From the NCBI GenBank assembly GCA_017517765.1, contig JAFWYE010000008.1, positions 120-64,119 on the forward strand: a DNA stretch of 64,000 bases. The letters are read 5' to 3'. Numbering within the stretch: the stretch's first letter is position 1; each line of letters starts with the position of its first letter. The DNA comes from Bacilli bacterium (GTDB lineage: Bacteria; Bacillota_I; Bacilli_A; RFN20; DUOF01). This document shows, piece after piece, positions 48,336 to 56,672 of the stretch. The notes under the pieces were generated by a model. The model was not told the DNA's origin and ran no database searches. It worked only from the letters and a program-made list of their open reading frames with translations. Made by a program: the position numbers and the translations under genes.

Positions 48336-48490
48336 GTAAAACAAATATGAATAAATTTTGAAACTTTTATGAAACTACCATGATACTGTCAACACTGTCG
48401 CACGATGTTAACACAGTGTCTGCCCCTTAAAACTAGCCATAAATCCGTAAAAGTGCCTATTTTAGGGCTTTTTCACGAATAAATGTACCG

Positions 48491-48637
48491 TCACAGTGCA
48501 TCACAGTATCTCACAGCATCTTCGATAGAAACACACAAAAAGCCAAGAAAATGGGCTAATTTACCGAGATTAAGGGCAATACTGTGCACATTACATCACA
48601 GCATCTCACAGTATCTTTGCTATAAACACACAAAAAG
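48491..48637 (+). repeat. Helically phased TCACAG repeats inside two 44-bp direct repeats
   Basis: 48491..48520 is TCACAGTGCA TCACAGTATC TCACAGCATC (three 10-bp-phased units). The 44-mer CATCACAGTATCTCACAGCATCTTCGATAGAAACACACAAAAAG (48499..48542) recurs at 48594..48637 with 5 mismatches. Each copy abuts a hairpin. Confidence 0.85.
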
Positions 48638-48653
48638 AGGCTTTCGCCCCTCT
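48632..48653 (-). terminator. Rho-independent terminator after the SseB-like gene
   Basis: Minus strand AGAGGGGC-GAAA-GCCTCT followed by T5. A second, weaker hairpin + T-run (AGCCCAttttctTGGCT TTTT) lies at 48537..48557. Confidence 0.7.
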
Positions 48654-48654
48654 A

Positions 48655-49140
48655 TTACAACAACTCAATAATTTCACTCGTTAAGTAATTTTCTAAATTT
48701 ATATGAGTATCATGCCCTACATTTATATCTAGCCCATCAATTCCTTTTATACCTATACAAAGTAATAAAATATCTTGGAATGTAAACTCTTTAATTTCAT
48801 ATTTGCTAAATTCAGGAGGAATAAAATGTTTTCTAGTAAAGGAAGTAAACCACTTACATCCGTCAGTTGTTTTAGTTATTATTGGTAGCATATCCTCTTC
48901 AATTACTGGGATAACATTCTCATACTCTCTGTTAACTTCTACTAGTTTTGACTTATTTATTGGCACATACAATAATGTTCGCCTTAAAGCCATTATTATA
49001 TTTACTAAGTCCTCATCATCGTTTGTGTTCTTATATTCCATAATCGCTTCTTCAGCAGTTATATTCATTTTGAATTTTGACTCATCAATTTCCATTCGCT
49101 CATCATACATACTTATCTCCCCTTTTTCGTCATTATACAA
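48655..49140 (-). CDS. SseB-like family protein (tentative)
   Basis: 161 aa. The pattern LVNIIMALRRTLLYVPI...KWFTSFTRKHFIP resembles SseB N-terminal domain proteins. Weak call. Confidence 0.4.
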   Translation of the reverse strand: MYNDEKGEISMYDERMEIDESKFKMNITAEEAIMEYKNTNDDEDLVNIIMALRRTLLYVPINKSKLVEVNREYENVIPVIEEDMLPIITKTTDGCKWFTSFTRKHFIPPEFSKYEIKEFTFQDILLLCIGIKGIDGLDINVGHDTHINLENYLTSEIIELL

Positions 49141-49182
49141 TTTTTATTCTAGATATCCAATGTGAAAATTGTCAACATTCGG

Positions 49183-50775
49183 TTAACAAGTTATTTCCTG
49201 ACCATTGTAGAATCTAATAGTAATTTTCCCATCTCTATGAACCATACCTTCCTCAACTAAAAGCATCCACGCCTTACGATTCCATTCAGTTAGTTCTTTA
49301 GGAAGTTCATCTAGATTTTTTAAGAATCCTTTTAATCTATGAACTAGACAACTATTTACATACTTAACATTTTCTTCCTCATCTAGTTTATTCTTTAATT
49401 CATTAAATCTAGCATTATAAATTTCATATTGAGCTCTACCCTCGTCATCCTCGTCTAACCTATAACAAAATCTATTCAATAATGAACGAGTTTTTTGTGT
49501 TAGGTCTTTTAACTCACCTACATAACTATCTATATTGATTCTTAATTGATCTAATGATTTTACAAGTGTATCAATAGTTAGATTTGTTTCCTCCAATACA
49601 TAAGGAAGGTTACCTTGTAAAATATTGTATGCTCTAATAAATTTATTTTGTATTTGTTCTTCAGTTAATGAAGGTGTTTCACATTTTTCTTCATTATCAT
49701 ACATACCATTACATCTATAATAACTCTTTCTATATTTGTCTTGAGAGTGCATTAGTTTTTTACCATAATAATCACCACAATCAGCACATACAAGTTTAGA
49801 AGAGAACACACTTGTTGATGAGTATTTAGGACCGATTTTCTTTCTTCTATCCATTTCTGCTTGAGTTTGATACCACATTTCTTTTGGAATAATTACTGGT
49901 AATACATTCTCATAATGGAATTTAGGAAGAACTCTATCATTCTTTACACTCTTATGATCTAGGAAGTTCTTAACATAGGTCTTTTGCAATATAGCATCAC
50001 CCATGTATTTTTCATTAGTAAGAATAGACTCAATAACAACTTTTGTCCATTTTGCATTTTTCTTTCCACTTGGTGTTGGTATTCCTTGTTCATTCAAATA
50101 ATTAGCAATATAAGAACATGATTTACCTTCATACAAAAACATTTCATAAATAAGAACAACAACATCAGCTTCTTCCTTAATTATAAGGTAACATTTAGTA
50201 ATTTTATCTCTTGTAAGACCAAGGAAATGCTTATAATTGAATGAAAACTCTCCTTTTTCAAATTTCATTCTTTTTCCTTTGGCTACATTTGCTGAAGTTG
50301 ATCTAGCTTCCTCTTGAGCTATTGAAGCCCTAATTGTTAGGTTTATTTCTGATGAAGGGTCTCGTGAATCTATTTTATCATTTTCAAATATAACCCCTAT
50401 TCCATGCCTTCTTAACTCTCTAGTAATTGAAATAGTATCTAATGTATTTCTTGCAAATCTAGATACTGATTTAGTAAGAATCAGGTCTATTTTTCCTGCA
50501 TAACAATCATTAATCATTTGATTAAATTCTGTTCTATTTTTTACCCTAGTCCCTGATTTACCCCTATCGGCATAAACCCCTGCAAATATCCATCTAGGAT
50601 TAGCTTTTATATATTGTGTATAGTATTCTTTTTGTGACTCATAACTTGTTAATTGTTCCTCGTCCTTTGTTGAAACTCTGGCATAGGAGCAAACCTTTAT
50701 TTTCTTAAAAATATCATCAAATTGGTTAACCATTAATGAAGCTGTAGGTGCTATTACCGTAACATTACTTGGCAT
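49183..50775 (-). CDS. Large serine recombinase
   Basis: VCSYARVSTKDEEQLTSYESQ (catalytic Ser), LILTKSVSRFARN, a recombinase domain and a Cys-rich zinc ribbon (CADCGDYYGKK...YYRCNG...C), and a C-terminal coiled coil. Confidence 0.9.
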   Translation of the reverse strand: MPSNVTVIAPTASLMVNQFDDIFKKIKVCSYARVSTKDEEQLTSYESQKEYYTQYIKANPRWIFAGVYADRGKSGTRVKNRTEFNQMINDCYAGKIDLILTKSVSRFARNTLDTISITRELRRHGIGVIFENDKIDSRDPSSEINLTIRASIAQEEARSTSANVAKGKRMKFEKGEFSFNYKHFLGLTRDKITKCYLIIKEEADVVVLIYEMFLYEGKSCSYIANYLNEQGIPTPSGKKNAKWTKVVIESILTNEKYMGDAILQKTYVKNFLDHKSVKNDRVLPKFHYENVLPVIIPKEMWYQTQAEMDRRKKIGPKYSSTSVFSSKLVCADCGDYYGKKLMHSQDKYRKSYYRCNGMYDNEEKCETPSLTEEQIQNKFIRAYNILQGNLPYVLEETNLTIDTLVKSLDQLRINIDSYVGELKDLTQKTRSLLNRFCYRLDEDDEGRAQYEIYNARFNELKNKLDEEENVKYVNSCLVHRLKGFLKNLDELPKELTEWNRKAWMLLVEEGMVHRDGKITIRFYNGQEITC

Positions 50776-52093
50776 ATTGCAACCTCTCTCTATAAGCGAG
50801 TGTTTTTTCTCTAGCTCTTGCTTTCATTTCTTCAGTCCAGCTCTTTGCCCTACTATCATTTTCCCAACTTACTATTTGCTTTCTTCCTCTTATAGTTTCA
50901 ACCTCAACCTGATTCTTTTCTAGTATTCTAATATTTGCCACATAATTTACTACTTCTTCAGTTTCTATTTCTCTATTTATAACTTTACAAATGCACTCCA
51001 TTAATTTCTTATGAGGTATTTGTTTAGAAGGACAACTTGCCTTTCCTTCCGATAAATATTTTTCGCAAACCCATACTTCTTTTTTATTTCTAATTTTGTT
51101 CCTGTAGGTCTTGCCACAATTACCACACTTTATAAGTTTTGCCATTGGATGAATTTTAAATCTAGGAGTATATTTTGCTCTTTTTTCTTCCCTTTCTTTT
51201 CTGATCTTTTGGCACAATTCAAATTCTTCCCTTGTAATTATAGGTTCGTGATTATCATGAACAATGAACTTTGTTTTTTCGCCCCTATTAATTCTTCTAT
51301 GTTTAGTTATAGGGTCATCCCTAAATGTTTTTTGAAGTATTTTATCCCCTGTATAATCAGGATTAGTAAGAATTTGTCTAACAGAGCTTCTGCACCATCT
51401 TTGTTTTTTGAATGGTTTTATTCCTACTTCAGTTAGAATGTTGGATATTTTTTGGTCTCCATAACCACCATACATATACATTTTATATATTAATTTCACT
51501 ACTTCCGCCTCCTCTTTATGAACTATGTATTTTTTATCTTTTACTCGGTATCCAAAGCAATCCTTCAAGCCCCAGCTTATTCCTTTTTGAAAATCATAAC
51601 TAATTCGCCATTTCATATTTTCCGATGTGCTTGCAGCTTGCATTTGTGCGTGTATAGCATATAGGGTAAGTTTGTATTCACTTTCTGGATTTATTGAGTG
51701 TAAATCTTCATCCTCAAAGAAAATATCGACATCGATTTCTCTTAATTCTCGTGCTATCCTTACGGTCTCAAATAAGTTCCTTGCAAACCTTGTAACTGAC
51801 TTTGTGATTATCATGTCTATTTTTCCTTGATAGCATTTTTTAAGCATTTTTTGAAAATCGCCTCTATCAACCTTCGTCCCTGTAAATGCCTCATCCTTAT
51901 AAATCCCTGCAAATTTCCAATTTATTTCTCGTTTTATCCTTTTATGGTAGTGAGTAATTTGGTTATACAAGGATGCGAGCATATCATCAGTTCCTGACGA
52001 CACTCTTGCATATGCACAAACTCGAAGTTTCCTTTGGAATTCCGATGTAGCATAAATCTCTACCAAAATAAATCCTCCTTTCTTGGCACACAT
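50765..52093 (-). CDS. Large serine recombinase (second, tandem)
   Basis: VCAYARVSSGTDDMLASLYNQ, MIITKSVTRFARN, zinc ribbon CGNCGKTYRNK...WVCEKY. Its 3' end overlaps the downstream recombinase start by 11 nt. Confidence 0.9.
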   Translation of the reverse strand: MCAKKGGFILVEIYATSEFQRKLRVCAYARVSSGTDDMLASLYNQITHYHKRIKREINWKFAGIYKDEAFTGTKVDRGDFQKMLKKCYQGKIDMIITKSVTRFARNLFETVRIARELREIDVDIFFEDEDLHSINPESEYKLTLYAIHAQMQAASTSENMKWRISYDFQKGISWGLKDCFGYRVKDKKYIVHKEEAEVVKLIYKMYMYGGYGDQKISNILTEVGIKPFKKQRWCRSSVRQILTNPDYTGDKILQKTFRDDPITKHRRINRGEKTKFIVHDNHEPIITREEFELCQKIRKEREEKRAKYTPRFKIHPMAKLIKCGNCGKTYRNKIRNKKEVWVCEKYLSEGKASCPSKQIPHKKLMECICKVINREIETEEVVNYVANIRILEKNQVEVETIRGRKQIVSWENDSRAKSWTEEMKARAREKTLAYRERLQYAK

Positions 52094-52140
52094 TCATCAC
52101 TCGTTTGGTCTCATTAATCAAGAAATATTTTTACTATGCT

Positions 52141-52530
52141 TTAAGACAATTTACTTTTTCTTCCTTTGGCATAACAATCTCTACAACAATACTTTCTCTT
52201 TGCATTTCCATAAACAATGAATTCTTTACCACAATGTTTACAAGTAAGTGTATAGTTTGCTTTTCGTTTAACTAGATCTAAATGAGAATTCCACCACCTC
52301 ATTCGACACTCGTCACAACAGAACTGCTTTTTCTTTTTTCCTTTTTGGCTGATTATCCTATCCCCACATTCTTTACACTCACCAATTTGAACTATTTGTT
52401 CTTCTTTGTTTATTTGTTCGCATAAATACCTAATACTGCTAATGGATACAGATAATTCCTTTGCTATTTTTTTATAGCCATATCCTTGTTCTCTTAACTC
52501 AAGGACTTTTTCCTTATCAACTTTCGCCAT
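52141..52530 (-). CDS. HTH + double zinc-ribbon protein associated with the recombinases
   Basis: LREQGYGYKKIAKELSVSISSIRYL (resolvase/sigma-70 r4-like HTH), then CKECGDRI...CCDECRMRWW and CKHCGKEF...CCRDCY. Confidence 0.6.
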   Translation of the reverse strand: MAKVDKEKVLELREQGYGYKKIAKELSVSISSIRYLCEQINKEEQIVQIGECKECGDRIISQKGKKKKQFCCDECRMRWWNSHLDLVKRKANYTLTCKHCGKEFIVYGNAKRKYCCRDCYAKGRKSKLS

Positions 52531-52675
52531 TATTTATCTCCTTTCTGCAGGTATAAAATTTAGGTCCTACACTATATGGAGATTTGAAGGCTTTTTTGGC
52601 AGGTATATTTTTTAATTTTTTTGAAATTTTGGCTTTTTTTCTATTTTCGAGCGTTTATTCAACTATTTATTTAAG

Positions 52676-52690
52676 TGCCCACAGTGGGCA
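52676..52690. other. Perfect 7-1-7 palindrome TGCCCAC-A-GTGGGCA (candidate recombinase site)
   Basis: Read directly. It lies in the 233-bp spacer between the holin stop and the recombinase module, is GC-rich relative to its surroundings, and contains the heptamer CACAGTG that also occurs at 48412 and 48492. Confidence 0.4.
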
Positions 52691-52763
52691 AATTTGAGCC
52701 GATTAACGGCAAATAAAAAAAGGTCCTAACCAGTTTCTTTACCAGTCAGGACCATTAATCTAA

Positions 52764-53054
52764 TTATTCTGTTTTTGTTTCTTGTTTTGTAAGCTGTTTT
52801 ACTGCTTGATTAGCACCTGTAGCTGACAAGCCACTTGCTGCACCGATTACTATTGCAATAAATAAATTATTTGTTTCAAATACACCAGGCACAAAATAGA
52901 AACTTATAATTCCTATAATGATACCAAGTAAACAAGCAGTTAGTGGAATGAACCTTTTAAACTTTTCATTCCCTCCTAGTGCTGTTTTTGTAATATCTAA
53001 AATTGTATAAACTATTGCCACTATACTTGGCACAACATTAATTAAACCACTCAT
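52764..53054 (-). CDS. Phage holin (A118 Hol118-like, 3 TM)
   Basis: 96 aa. RFIPLTACLLGIIIGIISF and IGAASGLSATGANQAVKQ parallel the Hol118 pattern as I recall it. Charged C-terminal tail. Confidence 0.65.
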   Translation of the reverse strand: MSGLINVVPSIVAIVYTILDITKTALGGNEKFKRFIPLTACLLGIIIGIISFYFVPGVFETNNLFIAIVIGAASGLSATGANQAVKQLTKQETKTE

Positions 53055-53065
53055 ATTTATTCCTC

Positions 53066-53332
53066 CTATCTGTGAGCTTGTTTATTTAAATACTTTTCAA
53101 TTTCTATGATTGCATGGGTTACAGGACCATCACAACCTTGCTCTTTTAAACCTTTAAGGCACGCCAATACTCCTTGCGTAAGAATTGTTTGTTCTACCTT
53201 TATTTGTTTAATTGCATCATCTTGCTTATTTTGTTTTAAATACCATTTATAGGCAGAAAAAACAGCACCAAAGATAACTCCCAGTGCTGTAATAATTGAT
53301 GCCCATGTAAGTATTACTTGCTGAACTTCCAT
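53066..53332 (-). CDS. Phage lysis-cassette membrane protein (N-terminal TM + helical domain)
   Basis: 88 aa. TM helix VILTWASIITALGVIFGAVFSAY, then a charged helical segment, immediately upstream of the holin. Confidence 0.5.
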   Translation of the reverse strand: MEVQQVILTWASIITALGVIFGAVFSAYKWYLKQNKQDDAIKQIKVEQTILTQGVLACLKGLKEQGCDGPVTHAIIEIEKYLNKQAHR

Positions 53333-53475
53333 TATTTATCCTCCTTTTCTTCAACTTTATCCTCATTTTTTTCTAATTTAGTCTCATTTTCTTCTCGCTT
53401 TTCTTCCACTTTTTTTCCAAAGAGTGAGGATAAATCGACAATTATAGCTGCCGACATTTCCAAATACTTCGCCAT
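53332..53475 (-). CDS. Candidate 47-aa small ORF (below the track cutoff), coupled to the downstream gene by TAATG
   Basis: Hand translation: MAKYLEMSAAIIVDLSSLFGKKVEEKREENETKLEKNEDKVEEKEDK. AAGGA lies 11 nt upstream. The stop overlaps the ATG of the 88-aa gene. Confidence 0.35.
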   Translation of the reverse strand: MAKYLEMSAAIIVDLSSLFGKKVEEKREENETKLEKNEDKVEEKEDK

Positions 53476-53488
53476 TAGACACACATCC

Positions 53489-53908
53489 TTACTGCAATGA
53501 TACGGTTAATGCGCCCGCTCTAAATATAGGAATATAACCAGAAGGTATAGAAATTGAAGAACTTAATGCTCCCCATAAAATAGGTGTTCCGCCCGTTTTT
53601 GAACTAAATAATCCAAAATGAGTTACTGTTCCCCATGACGCAGTAGCTTCTGGGAAGAATATGATATTACTTGTATTACAAATACTACCATTTACTGCTG
53701 CATCCATAACGTAAGTATTTGATTGTCCTTGTGTTCCAAGCATTACTCTTGCATACCCACTGCTTGACGAAGGTTCACTAAAATTAGATCCCGCAGCATC
53801 TGGCGTCGTTGTTGACAAACCTATATAGCAAGACGATGCTAAACTAAAGTTCCCTTGCCTTCCAAAGAAACCCTCTAATATTTTATTTGCTGTATTTCTA
53901 GTAATCAT
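53489..53908 (-). CDS. Phage tail-fibre-associated small protein
   Basis: 139 aa, S/T/G-rich. Located after the tail fibre genes and before the lysis cassette. Confidence 0.45.
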   Translation of the reverse strand: MITRNTANKILEGFFGRQGNFSLASSCYIGLSTTTPDAAGSNFSEPSSSSGYARVMLGTQGQSNTYVMDAAVNGSICNTSNIIFFPEATASWGTVTHFGLFSSKTGGTPILWGALSSSISIPSGYIPIFRAGALTVSLQ

Positions 53909-53925
53909 TACTCATCTCTCCTTTT

Positions 53926-55335
53926 CTATTGATTTACTATTTTTATCAACCTAGCCCCTACAGTAGAACTGGTTGTATTACTTAATCTACGAAGTGAATA
54001 AACGCCACCATTATTTAAGCTATATGAATAACACTGACCTACAACCAAAAATTGGTTACCGATACCATTATCCCTTTGACAGAAATAGGTGTTATATGAA
54101 CTATTGCTTATATGGGTTATTGGTAGAACCATAAACGGATGATTTGCATCCCATCCAATTGAAGAAATAGTTGGATAACTATAACTAGAATTAGGATTTG
54201 AATAACAAAGTTGCTGCATATTAGTTGTTGATTCACTAAAGTGTTCAGGATTGCTTGTTACATAGTTTTTTGAGCCATATCCATACAAATAGCATCCCTC
54301 AACAAATTCCATAATATTTCCTACAAAATCCTCTATATAGTGATATCGCATTTGTCTATAACTTAATTCATAGCCACTTGGAGTGTTTAGATTATCGGTA
54401 TATCCTGTATTAATTTTACTTTGACCACCATTTGTTCCGCTATAACTATATCGACCAGTCATAATTGACCTTGAATCAGTAGTAGCAAACTCAATCCAAA
54501 ATAAAAAGACCAACACCGTATAGTGGTATAGGTCAAGTAAATGGTAATCCTCACCAATATTCTTCGCGTAGGTTCTAAATTGCGACTTTGTTACAGAGGC
54601 TTGTCTGGTTTTACCACTTAAGCTCCATAGTTTGTTATTTTCATAGGATGCCCCATAACAAGCATACATAAATGGGTCCACTTTATACCAATTATCTCCT
54701 AATCCATAGGTTGGCGAAACTGCAATATCAGTTATTTGATAACTAGAATTAACACCAACTCTGAACCACATTTCTGGAAATTTTATGAATTTCCCTGCCT
54801 CATCCTCTACAATTTGGCATTCACTCCACGGAAACTCATTGTTAAAATCTGATCTAATCTCCCCATTTTCCGTATTAATTTCAAATCCCATTCCAATTGA
54901 ATCATCAGTCCTTGTTAGTGTCGGAATTGTTGTTGCTAGACCAGAAACACCATAAATTGGCGCATGACCAGCATAATAAGTTAAACTATTACTTAAATTA
55001 GGATTTACCCCATCGCCTATCGACCTTAAGTTAACAATTCTCTTTCCTTCTGGAAGGTCATCATGAACTGATAAATCATACCGCCACTCTTCAGTCCCAT
55101 CATAATCAATAGTTGCAATTACCTCTCCATCTACCAAAACCTCAAACTGCTCAATTCCTTTTAAATCCCTAATTATTTTTATTTTAGATAATTCCTCTAA
55201 AGCAATTGTTGGTCCTGTGATTGTATAAGTAGTAACAACCTCATCGGAAGGAACATACAACTCATTAAAACTTTGCATTCTAACATGATGAGTCCCATAA
55301 TTTTTTACAAACTTTAAAATATCGATTTCCGACAT
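53926..55335 (-). CDS. Phage tail fibre / receptor-binding protein with C-type-lectin/FGE-like C-terminal region
   Basis: 469 aa. C-terminal IEDFVGNIMEFVEG and GGVYSLRRL...VGARLI resemble the GNVWEW ... G(F/A)R(L/V) pattern of lectin-fold phage RBPs. Tentative. Confidence 0.5.
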   Translation of the reverse strand: MSEIDILKFVKNYGTHHVRMQSFNELYVPSDEVVTTYTITGPTIALEELSKIKIIRDLKGIEQFEVLVDGEVIATIDYDGTEEWRYDLSVHDDLPEGKRIVNLRSIGDGVNPNLSNSLTYYAGHAPIYGVSGLATTIPTLTRTDDSIGMGFEINTENGEIRSDFNNEFPWSECQIVEDEAGKFIKFPEMWFRVGVNSSYQITDIAVSPTYGLGDNWYKVDPFMYACYGASYENNKLWSLSGKTRQASVTKSQFRTYAKNIGEDYHLLDLYHYTVLVFLFWIEFATTDSRSIMTGRYSYSGTNGGQSKINTGYTDNLNTPSGYELSYRQMRYHYIEDFVGNIMEFVEGCYLYGYGSKNYVTSNPEHFSESTTNMQQLCYSNPNSSYSYPTISSIGWDANHPFMVLPITHISNSSYNTYFCQRDNGIGNQFLVVGQCYSYSLNNGGVYSLRRLSNTTSSTVGARLIKIVNQ

Positions 55336-55346
55336 TTTGCCACCTC

Positions 55347-56672
55347 CTAATAACTTATTTTAAATCGAAGTGAATCTGGTAGAGTCGTTGCACTTCCATC
55401 TTTTCTATACTTAATATACATAAAGCTCTCTCCATCAGGTATAGTTACAACCAAATCAACTGGTGTTAGACTTGGAGTTCCTCTAAAGTTTCTTAATACT
55501 TTTGTTGAACCAGTCGATCCATCATCCTGATTGCTTGAACTTAAAACTTGATTAAGTTGTGATATTATTCCATAGTCATAATTAGACTCACCATAACTAA
55601 TACAAGAAATAGTGATTTCTCTTTCACCTACACTATTAAATACAACCTTGCATATTGAATATGTATTATCCTTTGATTGATTAGTGCTTTGATAATATTC
55701 TTCCTCATTCATAATAAAATTATAGGTTGCCCCTTCAACATCCTGAACTTCATATGAAAATAGATTTAAAACGTCATCTATTAGTTCATCATTTAAATAA
55801 ACATAGGTATGCTCTGCGTATCGTTCTGGACTGATCGATAAAAGATTTTCTTCCCATTTATATTTTGGTCGCCTAATTTGAAATGCTGTATCAGCTGTAG
55901 CACCTACAACTATATCTCCAGAAATATTTGAAATTGAGAGTAAACCAACATAACTATTCCATGAATAAAAAGGCTCATTACCACCCATAGTTACATCTAT
56001 ATCTTCAGGGATAAATAAGCCTTCATCTGGAATTATTTTTGTTGAGTATGTTAGTGCTTCAACAATTACAACTTGTTCATTTGACAAACTCATTTGTGTA
56101 AGATTTGACGTAATTGAATAAGTCCTCACTTCAATAACTGAACTTTTTTCCGATTCATCAAATCCTGGTGCTAATGCAGTAACTTGAATTCTATTTAATC
56201 CATGATGCTTTAATTCACAAATAGAGAAAGTATTTGTCGGATAAGTTATTTCTTTTACTGCCTCATCATTTAAATAAATCCTATAAGTTTTAACATAATT
56301 ACCATTTGAGGATGGGTTTGAAATTGAAATTGTATCTCCATTTCTACTTATAGATAATTTGTTTAATCTTGGTAGATTTCCTGCACCTTGGAATGTTCCT
56401 ATCACACCAGCGATTTCAACTCCTTCAGCAATATTCTTCGCTTCAAAGTTTTCTGGAACATTAATTATTACATGATTGTAAAGTTCATCGTCTGGCGAAT
56501 CAACCTCTTGATTTCCATTTGAAAAATCTAAATCAATGGTTCCAGTTGCCATCACACCATAACTAAAGGTTGCTTTAGTTTCCTCTGGTGTTTCCAAAAC
56601 TACTGAAGAAACCCCTTCATAAGTTATATCCTCCCCAGCTTTATTTTTTATTTTTACATTTGCCTTTCTCAC
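55347..56672 (-). CDS. Phage tail/baseplate-distal structural protein
   Basis: 441 aa, in the tail module. Its start overlaps the stop of the upstream gene by 4 nt. Confidence 0.45.
   Translation of the reverse strand: MRKANVKIKNKAGEDITYEGVSSVVLETPEETKATFSYGVMATGTIDLDFSNGNQEVDSPDDELYNHVIINVPENFEAKNIAEGVEIAGVIGTFQGAGNLPRLNKLSISRNGDTISISNPSSNGNYVKTYRIYLNDEAVKEITYPTNTFSICELKHHGLNRIQVTALAPGFDESEKSSVIEVRTYSITSNLTQMSLSNEQVVIVEALTYSTKIIPDEGLFIPEDIDVTMGGNEPFYSWNSYVGLLSISNISGDIVVGATADTAFQIRRPKYKWEENLLSISPERYAEHTYVYLNDELIDDVLNLFSYEVQDVEGATYNFIMNEEEYYQSTNQSKDNTYSICKVVFNSVGEREITISCISYGESNYDYGIISQLNQVLSSSNQDDGSTGSTKVLRNFRGTPSLTPVDLVVTIPDGESFMYIKYRKDGSATTLPDSLRFKISY

Noticed and set aside
48483-48671. 62-aa plus-strand ORF (MYRHSASQYLTASSIETHKKPRKW...)
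   Set aside because: The open frame is created by the TCACAG/44-mer repeats and terminator hairpins. The peptide shows the internal repetition (SQYL...SQYL) expected from translated repeats. No RBS.
53926-54400. Diversity-generating retroelement targeting the lectin-fold-like C-terminus of the 469-aa tail fibre protein
   Set aside because: No reverse transcriptase gene, and I could not see a template-repeat copy of the 3' end anywhere nearby. The lectin-like fold alone is common in non-DGR receptor-binding proteins.
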